Source: the human T2T-CHM13v2.0 reference genome, Homo sapiens. From it: a stretch of 64,000 nt of DNA. A program made the translations under genes and the position numbers. Location: NCBI RefSeq assembly GCF_009914755.1, contig NC_060940.1; one strand, given 5' to 3'. A model generated the notes under the pieces. That model did no database searches and was not told the origin of the DNA. It was given only the letters and a program-made list of their open reading frames with translations. The stretch's first letter is position 1, and the number at the start of each line of letters is the position of its first letter. Below are positions 40,383 to 54,096 of the stretch, one piece after another.

Positions 40383-42214
40383 GATGAGAGCCATCTACAT
40401 AGCACATGGGGACTCACTGCCAACCCCCAACCCCTCACAAGTTGGGGTACCAGCAAGGCTAGCTTAGAATTAATTAGGCAGAAGCTAGAATCGTTTTGGA
40501 AGCCACAGGCAGCCAGTTCCCACATTCACACCAAAATGGGATTTTCCAATCGCCACCAGCATGGGACATTTTAGAAAAGCAGTGAAACAGACAAAGCCAC
40601 AGCTTCAGCGCTCACAGAACCTGGAGGAGGTGGGGCGAGGACCCAGTAGAGGCGGGGCAGCCTGATGGCGCCAGCTCATCTGACCCACCCACCTGGCTCC
40701 TCCAGACACCCATTCCACCTGGCATTTGAATGTCAACCATCCGTATTTGTTTCAATCTACTTTTCTCCTTTCACAAAGCTTTATTGGGATATAATTCACA
40801 TACCATAATACGGACCCTGATCAAGTATATGATTCAATGGTTTCATACGTTCACAAGGCTGCACAATCGCCACAATATATAACTTTAGAACATTTTCTTC
40901 ACCCCGTAAATATGCTTTGATAATACAGAGTGAATCTTTTTAAAGTGGCCTGGGGAAAAAAGCATACATTTCTGAATAGAGAAGACCACTTGATATCACG
41001 ACAGCCCACTGCCGGCTGGACTCCAAAGCACAGGGAAGCACTCCGGGGCCAGCACCTCCCCTCTTCCTCACCGCACGCTAGCACCGTGTTCGCTGATGCA
41101 TCCTTTCCCATAAGGCACAGGCTCTGCCCACTTACTTCAGAGTGCATAAAATGCTTAATCAAACCTGCTGGGTGATGACCCTGGAACTTTAATTCTTACA
41201 GACTTCACACTATTGGTTGTCCTGGAAGGCGACCTACAATCATGAGCAGTGAGGTAATGAGCTGGGAATCCAGCTGTAAGGCTCAAGGTGGAGTTTCCTA
41301 ATGTGCACAGACACAAGCTTGTACATTTCAAACTAGCTCCTCCTGAGCACAGACCTAGAGGGGCAGAACTTAGCGCTTTGGTGCTCAACATGGGGTCCTC
41401 CAACCGGCAGCAGAGCATCAAGTAGACCCCATGTCTACTTGATCAGAACATGTGCTTTAAGAAGAACCCCAGAAGGTCATGTGCACCCTAACACTGAGCC
41501 CTGGAGGGAATGACCTTTGGCCCGGTGCCAGCGGGCCCCTCCCCAACTGGCAGTCACAAATGCAACAGGTTAGTAATTCATAAAACCAACAGGAAGGTTA
41601 TCAGTTAGAATTCATGTGGAAAAAATAAGTCTGGATGGACATATGCTGACCTGTTAAGCATGGTGATTTTGTCTCAGTAAGCTGACAGCAGACTACCTCT
41701 GACCAGGCTGGCCTTGTCCAAACAACTGGGTACCCACCAGGACTGTCTGTCTTACTGGCAGGCACAAAACACAAGCTCAAGACTGCGAACATGGTCTCAA
41801 TGCACACCACTCACGTACACACAGTACCTAAGAGCGTTCCCACTTTTCTAGAATTCTGTGGACATCTTCAAACAATGAGGGCTTCGTCTGTCAGCTGACA
41901 TCTACTGTCGCTGGTGCCAAGTTGTAAGGAAGCCACGGACCCACCCTCCGGCCCAGGGAGGGGCTGCTCTCTCTGGCTTCCACTCCCTGCCTTCCCTCCT
42001 GGCTTCTGGGCAAGGCTGCCTGCTGCATCCTGGAGCCTCAACAGAGAGGCTCTCACCAAAGCATCGAAGACCCAAAGACCGGGCTCCAGAGCTGGGTTTG
42101 TTTGTGGTTCTTCTCCAGGAGCAAAAATCACCAGGCGCTACAAAACCATTTGTGGATTCATTACAAAGCTTTTTTTTCTTAAGAGTTGCAGAGTGACAGG
42201 CGAGGGATCCTACT

Positions 42215-42333
42215 GAAAGGAAGGAGGGAAGAGGAGAAGGAAGGGAGGGAGGGAGAGAAGTGGGGAGGGAAGAAAGGAAACGGGAAGGGGAAGAGAAGGG
42301 AGGGGAGGAAGGAGAAGGGACAGAAGAAGGGAG
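42215..42333. repeat. Polypurine (GA-rich) low-complexity tract
   Basis: About 115 nt, almost exclusively A/G on the plus strand. Confidence 0.9.
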
Positions 42334-44461
42334 TGACTGTTTACGTTCCTTTCTACTCTACTGGTTCTTGTGTTACAAGAGGCACATATTACTCGTAATT
42401 TTAAAAGAGCAGGATAAATGACTATATGAGATGCCAGGCAAGAGCACAGATGACAGCTGGATTCACCGCCCAGGAAAAAAGAAAGAGGCCACATTCCACA
42501 TTGGGTTTCCACCCTTGCCAGCCAATGCCACCCAGCTGCCTACTGCAGACCTGGCATCGATCGGGCTCCCATGGCAGTAGCAGTGAGTGTGTGGGTGCTT
42601 ATTTATCAGGGCACCAGGTATTGGGCACTGAGCCCACCGAGGGCATCACCCATTGTCTGGGTCAGCCCCGCTACAGCCCTGTGAGACAGACTCCATCTTC
42701 CCAGTCTACACCCCCAGGTGTGTAACTCATGTGAGGACACACACTGGCCCCTTCCTGTTCTGCACCTGCTGTTGGACTCTGATAGCCTGAGGGCAGGGAC
42801 ACTGGTCCACATTCAACTCCCAGCACATCGTGTGTTCCCGATAAGCTTGTGCAATGAACAAGTGAATTCACAGCACAATTGGGGAAAATACTTCCTCTCC
42901 TTCGAGCCACTCGCCAATTCACTGTACTCTCATTCCTTTCTTTTAGATAAGCCTTGTACCTGGAAAGCGTTTAATAAATATTTGGCTAACGAGTGAATAA
43001 AACACAACCTCATACCAATATCAGAATAACTTAAGGTAATAATGCAGCATTAACCCTATGAACAAGGAGAGGTGGTGGGCTGTTTACAACACTCTCATAG
43101 ACGAAACCACAAAGCACAAGATCCAGGAACTTGCAAGGAGTCCTATGTTATTGAATATTTAGAAAACAGGTATAGCTTGTAGTGTGAAAAGAGTTTTAAA
43201 TATTTCCTTAAAGCTGTCCTTCCAAAAAAAGTAACCTTTCATGATTAAGGCTAAAACTCTCACATACTGTTGTCAGAAGTGTTGAATTTGGTTCATATTT
43301 ATTAAAATTTTTAATTTCAAACCTTTCATCTAGCAATTCTACTTCTAAGAACTTATCCTAAACTCTGTTCTCAAAGACACTCCCTTTCCCCATGAAAACA
43401 GTTAATAACTCACTAAATAACTCTGACGTTTGCTACATTAATGTATCCTGGCCTACTCACCACAAAGGGTTTGCTGCTTTTTCAGAACTACAAAGCTTAC
43501 TAATTTAGCAAGTCCAGTACTATTTTTAACATGTTCTTGTAGCAATTAGCAGCTGTCAGCTCTCTGTGCTCAATTCTCTTTGAGGCCTAATAGTGAGCTG
43601 GGGGGATACGGGTGTGTGTGTGGAAACAGACATTATAGAGCAACAATAAAGATTATTTGTACAATCAATTTGAATCTGAACTCAGAAATTTCAGCAACAT
43701 CCAGAAAGCCAACAGGAGTGGCCATGTTCTGGCTTGTTAGGGAAGGGAGGAGCATTAGCTGCCTATGACATGGTCTGGCTCTGTCCAACCTAACATGAGT
43801 GGGGACCTGCCTGCAAGCTTCCCAGGTCTCTCCCATCCTATTAAGGGCCCCTCATCTCTATCTTCCCACCTCATCTCAGTGATTCACTTACACAAACTCT
43901 GAAGGTCACCTGGCAGGGGGACTTGGCCCCTCCCTGGAAGCCGACAAGCCCAGTGACCACCGTGCTCCAGAGCTGAGTGAAAATAGAGTCAATAGCTGAC
44001 AGTAAATCAATCAGTACGGAACAAGTGGCAGGAAATGTGTGAGAAGAGAAGCACCAGATGAGAAGAATCTGCCAGAGATGAAATTGTCACTCTTGTTTCC
44101 CAGGTGACTTAAAAAGAACAGGCTTCTGAAAATTTCTCAATAGTAACTAAAAAATGAAAGTTGTAAAAGGTTATAAATAAGTCACATGATTGCTAAATGT
44201 GCCTGTTGTCCAACACCTTTTGATGATAATGTTCCAACAGGTGTGGAGAGTTCAAAGGAGAACCAGGGCAGAGCTGGAGCGGGCACAGCCTCACATCACT
44301 CCATCAGGTGATGGTCAAGGGGCTGCGGTGCACCCAGCAAGGGGCTTGGGTGCAAGTGGGGGCCACTCCCAGAACAGACTGTAGACTGAGTCTACACTTT
44401 GCCTGTCAATCTCACCCATGAGAAGTCTAAAGCTGATCTTTTAAAAAGTGAACTCACTTTT

Positions 44462-44905
44462 GGTGGAAACAGTCCAAGTGTCCACAAACAAATAAATGGA
44501 AGCAAAATGAGGCCTATGCACACAATGGAGTATTATTCAGCTTTAAGAAGGAAGGCCATTCTGACACACGCCGCAACACGGATGAACTGTGACACTGTGC
44601 TCAGTAAAATAAGCCAGTCCCAAAAGCACAAATACTGCATGATTTCACTAAGAGGAGGCTCCGATAGTTGTGAGATTCAGAGGCAGAATGCAGAATGGTG
44701 GCTGCCCGGGGCTGGGAGGAGAGGAATGGGGAGTTGGTGTTTTAAGGGACACAGTTTCAGTTTGGGAACATGAAAAGTCCTGCAGAAGGATGTTGGTGAT
44801 GGCTGCACAGCAATGCAAATTACTTAAAGCCACTGACCTATACACTTTAAAATGGTCAAGATGACACATTTTATGTTATGTGTATTTTATCACAACAATA
44901 AAAAA
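44462..44905 (+). mobile_element. L1M (L1MB-type) 3' end
   Basis: CAATGGAGTATTATTCAGC...AAGTAAAATAAGCCAGTC.CAAAAG...ACAGTTTCAGTTTGGG...GTATTTTATCACAA.AATAAAAAA. Confidence 0.8.
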
Positions 44906-44917
44906 GCAAGAACTCAC

Positions 44918-44951
44918 CTTTGAAGTTGCCGATGTACAGGCCGGGCAGGAT
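44918..44951 (-). CDS. DUSP22: DUSP22 exon 2 (ILPGLYIGNFK-D), 34 nt
   Basis: Acceptor TCTCTCCTAG|ATC and donor AAG|GTGAGT; in frame with exons 1 and 3. Confidence 0.97.
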
Positions 44952-45642
44952 CTAGGAGAGAGACAGACACAGACATGAGCATGGCAGACTCTAAGTGGAT
45001 GGTATTGCAGAAGGGGGCCTCATCCAGCAGCAGGATCCCTGCAAAGGCCAGGTGCTTCCCCAGTACAGCACCTCCCTGACAGACACGCGGGTGACCCAAC
45101 ATCCCCAGCGGCCTGTGGAAGGCCGTGGGTTGGTGCCCATCGACTCGCTGGGTTTAGGGCCCGGCTTCGACCCCGTCATCCTCATTTGCAGCCCTGCAGT
45201 GCTGGTGGGCATTCTGAGGGTCCAAGTCCCCTGCCCCGCCTGCCCACCCTGGCCCCACAGCCCTGGCGGCCCTGCAGCTCTGCACTCTGCTGCACGAGGC
45301 CACTGCACACACGGTGCCCACTGCAGGCGGTTACACTCCCGCCCACCTCACCCTTGGCCAGTCCTGAGCCCCAAGTCCAGGGTTGGCCCCCGGCTCAGTG
45401 ACAGTAGCCCTCTATGTCCCCTGTGTGGCGATGCTGCTGCGAGGGCATGACCAGGTGAAGGCCCATCTTTCTGTCGGGGAAAACTCCTTGGGCAGCAAAC
45501 GAATCCTGTTGCTCACTGCTGCCTCCCCAGCCCCAGGCCAGGATGACAGTCAACAATGGGTTGTTAAATAAATGATCCAACCTCCACATATATGCAGGTT
45601 AAGAAGAACACGTCTTTGTTGCAAAATGTCAACTCTTCTAAG

Positions 45643-45765
45643 GCAGTGGTTCTCAAACCAAACTCCCCATCAGAACTCCAGAATCTGTTAAAAATACACA
45701 TTTCTGGGCAAGCCCTCCTCTCCACCTCCAGCCCCCGCATGGAATGATTTAGCAGGTCGGCAATG
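45643..45765 (+). mobile_element. MER5-like hAT-Charlie fragment
   Basis: CAGTGGTTCTCAAAC...ATCAGAA...GTTAAAA.TACA.ATT.CTGGGC. Confidence 0.5.
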
Positions 45766-46223
45766 AGAAATTGGGGTGGCTTCTTTCACACCCACAATTT
45801 GCGAAGTAGGAAGCAAATTCTTGTCTTGCCAGCACTTTGCATGGACACTCTGAAATTTAAATAAGAACACAGTACCACTCGTTAAAGTATGCTCACGATA
45901 TCACTTGCCACGATTTCCAAGCACATACAACCAGCTCGTCTTGGTGACGCTTCACCACAGATCCCTAGATGTCCTAGCCTCGCCCCCACTGTCTGCCAAC
46001 CCTGCAGCTCCCCTATCTTCCTTCACTCCCACTGAGGAAGTCCAAAGAGCCTGTAGTACAGTTCTTCATGTTAGCTGATTTCTTCAAGCATCTTCCTGAC
46101 CACCGGCTGCCTCGCTAAAAACCCATGGCTCATGTCTAGTGATTGCAGGGGATCTATTGTGGCTCATGTCAGGGCGGCAGTGCTAGGCCCAGAGCTAGTC
46201 TCTGTGCAGAGGGACAACCAGCC

Positions 46224-46310
46224 AAGGGGCCACGTAATGTATCGGCCAAACTGGGACAGTCCAAGAATGAAAAGAGGCTTTGCTAATCATTACTCCGAGA
46301 CAACAGTCTA
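46224..46310 (+). mobile_element. MER81-like hAT fragment
   Basis: TAATGTATCGGCCAAACTGGGACA...GAATGAAAAGAGGC...TAATCATTACTCCGAGACAACAG resembles the MER81 consensus as recalled. Confidence 0.5.
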
Positions 46311-46514
46311 TACTTTATCATTCCTATCTTGAAAGACGGGAACAATGCAAGTTCGTCCTGGATGTGGATCCCACTGATGTTCTCTGGCAATGCTTGACTG
46401 CACAGAGCTTTGCTGTGTGTAGTCTCTCATTCCCGAGGGTCTCTCCTGCCTTTTTTAGGATGTGGCAGTAGACACTAGAGAGCATCATTGCCACGTGGCT
46501 CTTCTGTCTGGCAG

Positions 46515-46836
46515 TGCAATGACCCCTCCTTGACCAAACTTTAGTCAGGTTCCTCTGAGTCCTTTTCTCAACAAGGCCTGGTCCTTGCCCGACCGAGTCC
46601 AGTGCGAGCAGAGACCTGCTAAGCGTATCCCCTAAGACCCCACCAAGCTCCTGTTCCTCCACCCCGATGTCTAATCCAGTTCCCCTGAGTGGTATTCCAC
46701 CCACTCCCTCACCCTGCCCTTGGCTTTCCATCCACCCTTGTTCCTGCCATATTGGAGTCGCGTCCTCCCCTGTTGTGATGGTCTCGAATAGAGTCTTCCT
46801 TGCTGGCTTAACCAAGTGTCAGGATCACTTTTTACA
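46515..46836 (+). mobile_element. Solo LTR, MER31-like (ERV1)
   Basis: CTCCTTGACCAAACTTTAGTCAGG.TCCTCTGAG start; TG...CA termini; 4-bp target-site duplication GCAG (46511-46514 and 46837-46840). Confidence 0.75.
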
Positions 46837-49800
46837 GCAGTGACTCTACAGTTATAATCACTGGGCGATTTTCTAGATCAAAATGTTTCTAGACTATAAG
46901 CATGTTTATCTGCCCAAAGTCAGAGAACGTATCATAGTGGCTAAAGTTCCTCAGGCACAATGCCGGGCACTCAGCGTAGAGGTGTGACTGAGAGAGACAG
47001 GGCCCTGCCCTCATGAGCAGCTCACACAGGGAAAGTGGAGGTGACCTGACCACTCTGGGGTCGCAGAGGGCTTCCTGGGGACAGTGACACTCAGGACCTG
47101 CAGCCCAAGAGCAGTGGGCAGACAGGGAGGGGACAGCAGAACGGTCAGCCTGCAGAAAGGGTCTTGTCTCTACTGGAGGGAGTGGGAGAGAGGTGGAGAG
47201 AAGGCGGGCGCTAGTGCAAGGAGCTGGTCCTGCACAGCAGACACTGTGGCCACTGGCCACTATCCAGACTCCAAGTTAGGTGCCATGAAATGGAATACGA
47301 CGCCTAAGATGTGTGGGGCTGTGAGGAAGACGATCTTACGCGTTTTAACTTAATATATCTTGAAAATGGTATGAAAAACAGGAAAGGTACAGCTGTGTGC
47401 ACGTACACTCCCTTCGTCACCATGCTCACCTCCATGACGGCGATGGCGGGGTCCTGGAGGAGGGCTTCTGCATTTCTCTCTGAGCTTGCCTCCGCCATCT
47501 GACACTCCAGTCCTGTGCATGCACTATGCCAATTTGCACTTTTTTTAAATCAAGAGGGATTATTCGGAAAACAGATTATGGCCCATTTTTGCTTTTTTTC
47601 TTTGTACATCTACTATCTTCTCTACTAAGCACAAATTAATACATTTTATATTATCTTTAAAATTAAATGAGGGCATAAGAGTAGACCGTCTCTACATTCT
47701 AATGTTGTAGAACCATGATTTTCTGACTCCTAAATTCATCGTCTGGAGCCCGGCTTGCTGCAGGACTATCTCAAGCAAACCACTGTTTTCCCACCACCGT
47801 TGTCAAGTCCTCCTGCCCCTGATGGTGCCACCTTCTCCCAGTCACCCCGAATGAAAACCCAGGGCTCCCACCGCTGTGGCACCTCTCTCTCAATTCTCTG
47901 CTCCCCTCCTCCCGGGAATTAGAAGGCCTCTCACAGTCTCCCTCCTCAGCCTTGCGCAGAGCCTCAATTCACACAGGGGTTACAGTAGTAAACACTGAAC
48001 TCATTCCTCTGTCCTATCAAATTAATTTTCTAAAGCCATATTCTTCCTGGGTGATTTTCTACCTCAAAATGTTCAGTAACAACCCTTTTACTTAAAAAAT
48101 CAAGGCCAAACATTGAACTAAATATTCAGCATGGCTTCCGCAGGTTGGCTCCAACCGATCTCTGAAGGATTTCCCCCAACTTCTTTCTTATGTCCAGCCG
48201 AGCCAGGTCATCCCCATTCTCCCAATACCCCTTACTGGTCCCATCTTGCAATAGCACTTTCTTTGCTCTAAATATTCTTTCTAAACAGAGAAGAGGTTCC
48301 CACTGTTTGGGGTCCTTTATCCCTTGGGTATGCTCGAAAACCACAAACCCTGTAATGGCCATTTATCTTATTGGTTTTCCAGTCTCTGAAACCCTTTCCT
48401 AGGTTTGGGGATACCCTGGCCCCAGGGAGTCTTGGTGGGAAGCAGAGCCCAGCTGTTAGTATAGAAGCTGCCAATGCCAGATACCTGCTCACGTAAGCCT
48501 TTGCTGCTACATGGGTGTGACCCACGTGTAACAAGTCTGCACGCCGGCTGCAGGGATAGCCTAGAGTGTCCTCTTTGGCAACAGAGGCAGCAGGGCTGGT
48601 GGCACATTCAGTGTCCACTGGCTGTAGCATCAGCATCTTGCGGTAGCCCCAGAAATGCTCTCACTGACCACTTACAGCATCTGCTCCTGCCAAGGTTGCC
48701 CCTGAGTCTGGCTCTCCAGCCTTCCAGGCTGTCTGCCCTGTTCTACCTAAGGTAACCACATTTGGATGCTGTTGCTTACAGCCAAGGACCCTGATGTGGG
48801 CTTTCAACCTGGAAAAATGCATAAATGCAGAAGAGTGCACAGATCTTGAGGCAAGTCACAGGCACAGCAGGTCTGTTCCTGCCCTGCCTCTAGTACCGAG
48901 ACCTACCCGCCCTGCTAGGACCAGCTCAACCAGGAACCCTCCAGAGATCACTCCGACAGGAGACTCTGCCCTTTCTGGACTTCACTGCTGCTCATTTGCC
49001 ATTTACTTCCACGCAGCAGCTCTCCCACTCATGTGCTCCTCTTTGAACTTTCAGGCTCAGCTTCTTAGCGTCTCCCTTCTGAATTCCTGCAGCAGCTTCC
49101 TAGTGAGCTCCCTACCTCCAGACTGAGTGGTCCCTCCAAAGGATTCCTCAAACCATCTCAAGTGCAAAGTTGATTGTGTGACTCTTCAGCTTAGGGCTCC
49201 GTGTAGCTTTCAGCATGAAACCCAAATTCTACACCTTGGCAAGGGAGACCTTTCAGGAGTGGACCCTCAAATGTCTTCAGCCTGAGCCCGAGCCCGAAGG
49301 CATTCTCCAATCTCACCCACATCTAAGGAAGTGACCACGGTGCAACCAACCAACATGGCTATGCAGAGACGCAGGCCAGGGCCCCCAAATTCCAGGCTGT
49401 TTTATGGGAAACAGCCCAATTTTCAAATATTGTCAATTAAATTTTAAAAACCACTAAAATACTGTGGTTGACAAACTAAACCCATCTGTGGGCTGACCAG
49501 GGCCCATGGACCTCCAGTCTACGATCTCTACCTGCTGCCTGTATCTTCTTTGTAAATATATTTTTGAACTCGATTGGTTCTCCCTTGGGTAGGTACTCAA
49601 GTCAACATTTCTCCAATGAATGAGTGAACAAACAGACAATGTGAACAGGGTGAGAGGAAAGGAGAGAGAAAAAATGATGATGAGTGAAGCCTGATACGAG
49701 CTGTGCCAGGGAGAGGGAACGCTGCCCCTTTCTGCCCTGAGTGGACTTCCACATGCGAAACGGTGCCCGGCCACACCTGTGGCATGGGCCTGGTGCTGGG

Positions 49801-51903
49801 GAGCTGCTGCAGCAGCGTGCTGGCAAGGATGGGAAGTCTGACCTGAGGAGGCAACTTCTTAAAAGGAATTGAAGATGAGTATTTTACATACATTTTAAAT
49901 ATTTTTAAGTAATGTAAAGAGAAGACCAAATTGTGTCAGTCAACCTTTAACTTCATGTTTCAGACCAGGAGACTGAGCTAGAGTTTCAAGACTGGAAATG
50001 GAAAGCAGGTTGCTCAATCCCTCTCTGTAGTCACAGTATGATTCTCTTCCATATAGAATTACAAACAAGATTAAGCAGGGCTGGTTTCAAGGAGACTAAA
50101 TAAAAGGCCCATGAATATTTCAACTTCTACACTAGTCAGCTTCATAATTCAGACTTGAAACCCAAAAATTTTGACCCATCTATTTTCACGATATTTTTGT
50201 TGCTGGTAATCCCTGAATACAGAGAAAGAGAACATGAAATAAAATCAAATAATTTTCCAGCAGAGAGACGATTTATAGAGGAGACCTGGGAACCACAAGG
50301 TGTTTATCTGCAACAACCTGGCTGACCAGTCAGGCCACGCAGGAGCTGAGCTCAAGCCAGAAGCAAGAAAAACAGAGAGAAAATGAAATCATTACCACCT
50401 GGTAGAAAGCAAGGACAAGTTGGAAAAAAAAGCCTGTAAAGGCAACTTGGGAATGTCCCACTATGCTGAAGTAATAAGCACAGAATTGGTGCTAAGCATC
50501 TGTGGGCCTCTGAAACTGCTGCTCTTTCCCTTTGCTGGGGACACTGTTCCTGAGTGGCCTCCCACAAGATGACCATTTCCAGGGAGGTCTCTCCTGACCA
50601 CCAAACTCCCTGGCACTCTCTCTCTCATATCGCCTTGTTTTATTTTCTTCACCACATTTATCAGTGACTAAATGGCTGTATTCATTTCCTTACTTTCCTT
50701 ACTTTCGGACTGATCTTGCAGCAGAGGGTGCATCTGTCTTGTCTCCTAATGTGTCCCTAAAACCTGCCCAGAGTCTAACATGCTAAGAGGAAGTCTGAAT
50801 AAACGGTGACGAAACAGCACAGGCCACAGAGGAAGACGGTCTCTGGCATTCCGCAGATCAAAGATTCCTGTTTTCTGTTACAAGACCGTCTGGGCATAGA
50901 CAATATAGGCAGAATCCTTCTGCAGAAATGCTTTGAAATCACCCTAAAGATTCTCCACGCTTGATGGTTCCTCCTGATGGACAGCTTCACAGAAATGCAA
51001 AAACACAAATCCTCAGCCACAAAAACGCACTTAAGCACAAAAGAATACTGCTTCTAAGGCAGGAAATATTTTGAGTTTACTTTTTAAACATTTATTTTAG
51101 TCCTTCAGGATGCATGGCATCTAAGAACCCCACCCAAACTGATGCTGAGAAGTAAACTCCTGAGCAAGCAGCTGCACAAGGCCATGTGTGGGGTGGGGGT
51201 GGCAGCGGAATCTTAATTCTTTCTATGTCAGAAAGGACTTTCTGGGTTTCAAAGCCAGGCATGAAGGGGAAAACTTTGGTGGATTCCTTGAAGGGTTAAA
51301 TGTCACAGAGACGTTTTAAATGCCATTTGGCCATGGACTTAACCAGTTTGCATATAAAAAGGGAAGAATATGAGAATACTCTCCTGGGCCCTTAGAACAC
51401 TGCCTTTAACATCTGTTCTTCAACACGAAATAAAAATGTAATATTAAATGGAGAAAAGAGAGAGCCCTCGGGGGGTGGTGTAGAGGAAAGGAACCAGAGC
51501 CCACCGGCATGTGGCCATCTGTCTGTCAGTCCTGCAGCAGTGGCTGAGTGTTCATTTCCTGCAGGAGGCTCCTCTCCAAGCTGCCTGGGACTGATCTGCA
51601 TGGCAGGGTCTTCGTGTCTTTCCTATTAACAGCTCACTACAGGATCTAACACAGTGTCTTGACTGTGTTCAATAACAATATGGTGAACAGGTGCATGGAT
51701 GGATGACTGGATTACGCAGGCAGCCAAGTCACCTGCTGCCAGGTGGAAAAAATGGATTTAGCAGCACAAAGGTGCCTGACCTGCCAGCCCTTCCCGTATG
51801 AAAACAGAGCTTCTCAACCCTGTAAGCCCTACTCCACCTTTTGATAACTCTCCAGTTCCAGATCACACAGGCCTCAGGAAATTCTGAGAGGAAGAACCCT
51901 CAA

Positions 51904-52109
51904 TAGTGGTTCTCAACTGGGGATGATTTCACTCCCCAGGGGATATCTGCCAACATCAGGGACATTTTTGGTTGTCACAGGTGGGGAGGTGCTACTGGCA
52001 ACTATTGGGTGAAGATCTGAGATGTTGCTAAACCTCTCATAATCCACATGGCAGTCTCACAAGTAATTATCCTGAAATGTCTACAGGTGTAGCCGTTGAG
52101 GAACACCGG
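51904..52109 (+). mobile_element. MER20 DNA transposon
   Basis: AGTGGTTCTCAACTGGGG.TGATTT..CCCCAGGGGA...GACATTTTTGGTTGTCACA...GTGCTACTGGCA...GTTGAG.AAC. Confidence 0.8.
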
Positions 52110-53768
52110 TCTATGCCTAGAGGGAACATATTCTCTTTGAATTATAATCCTTTCCCAACTATACTCCCTCATCTTCCTAACAGGGCAAGAGCCATCCTCA
52201 AACAAGTGTCAGTCACATCCAAGAACACTCAAAACAGACTGTATTTGCACTTCACAGTTTGGAAAAATGTGTTCTAATAAATTCCCATTTGCTTCTCCCA
52301 ATAACCCAATTAGTAATTGGGGAAGGTATCATTACCCTCATTTTACAGCCAGTAAGGAGACTGGATTAGCTAACCACCTAAGGTTTCTTAGTTCTATACA
52401 TCTATGAATCCAGGAAGGAAAAAAATCCTGAAGCTTAGAAACATTTAAGTGACTTCTTCAGGATCACACCCATGAAGCAGCAGTGGTGGAGGTGCCCCAG
52501 ATCAGGCTTTTTGTTAGCCAGCCCCTCTTAGCAACAGTGCGCTCCCCACGGAAACAAGATGCACCCACTGAAGTGAGGCCTCCCAGCACCATGAGAGGCT
52601 TCCCGAGAAGGACAGGGATGGCAGCCATTCCCACCAGGCAGGGTGCTTTCAGAGGACACACAGCAGGGAGGAAGGAAGAGGCCACAAGACCAGGCAGGCC
52701 GGATGCTTGATGAGCTAAACGAACCCTGGCAGTCAGTGGAGGGCAAGATGCCAACCAGAGGGTCCTCATATCCTGCCCTAGAATGCAAGGCTTCAGCCCA
52801 CTTTTAGGCTGATCAAGATAAAGACTTCTTGCACATGAGAAGCATTTGGGGCAGCCTTCTCTGACATAATGTTTGGCTAGAGACTAGTCGTTTGTTTTGT
52901 TTTTAATGGGGTATTGTAGTACTGAAGACTAATAAGTAGACAGTGAGGATAGGAGTTTTGTTTATAGGCTCTCCCCCAAAAGATTTGAGGGTTCAGACTC
53001 GAGAGAACTTTGAGTCAACTAGGAGTTTTCAAAGGCTCCACAGGAACACGACATTTGCATGCAACACCCTGTTTAGTTTAACCCTAATCTTACCAGAGAC
53101 ATTTACTAGACTAATATCTTAGCAGCGTGGTGAGGCACTCTGCATTGTGGCCGAGCCAGACTGTGGCTTTGAGTCCAGGCTCTGCTACTCACCAGCTGGG
53201 TGACCCTGGCAGTTCCCTTAGCCTCTGTGTACAACCAGAAAACAGGCATGAAAATAACAGGATCTACTTCATGGAGTTGTGGCTTACTCTATGTGGTAAA
53301 GTACTCAAAACACACCATAAACTCATTGGCAATTATAATTTTGGCCAGTGTGGGGCATCTACCTAGGAATTGCACACACAAACAAAAACAATAAAAAAAA
53401 AGTTTTAGTTTCTTGCCTGTAATTACCCCCTTCCTTATCAATGTCAAACATAAAGGAAGAGAGGAGGTGATTTTGGCTATTTGACAAGTAATCGAAGCTA
53501 TGAGGAGCTTTTCAAGTTACTTTTTAGGAATTTTAAAACTTACTTGGGATGAATTAGCATCTCAGCTCAAAGGAAAGACTTTTCCTATCTTCAAAATCAG
53601 TGGAGACTGGGTTCTGCCCTGCCTGGCATTACTTATGCTACCTAACCTCTCCAAATCTCCATTCCCCAATCTGGGCAAATATAAGGTCGTTTGACCTCAT
53701 AGGGCTACCGTGAGGCTGAGATTTTATAAAGTGTTAAAAAAAATGGTTCACAACTGTGTTGTTGTTGG

Positions 53769-54096
53769 GTTTTTTTTTTTTTTTTTTTGAAACAGGGTCT
53801 CGCTCTGTCGCTCAGGCTGGAGTGCGGTGGCACAATCACGACTCGCTCCAGCCTAGACTTCCCGGGCTGAGGTGATTCTCCCACCTCAGCCTCCCAAGTA
53901 GCTGGGACTACAGGCACAAGCCACCACACACTCGGCTGATTGCTTTGTTTTTGTGGGTTTTTTTTTTGTATTTTTGGTAGAAACAGGGTTTTGCCATGTT
54001 GCCCAGGCTGGTTCTAAACTCCTGGACTCAAGCAGTCCACCTGCCTCAATCTCCCAAAGTGCTGTGATTACAGGCACGAGCCACCACGCCCAGTCC
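53769..54096 (-). mobile_element. Alu (AluJ-type)
   Basis: Poly(T) head, ACAGGGTCTCGCTCTGTCGC, CTCCTGGACTCAAGCAGTCC. Confidence 0.9.

Noticed and set aside
40640-40675. CTCF-like motifs (also near 4535)
   Set aside because: Only partial matches by eye; cannot be supported without PWM scoring or ChIP data.
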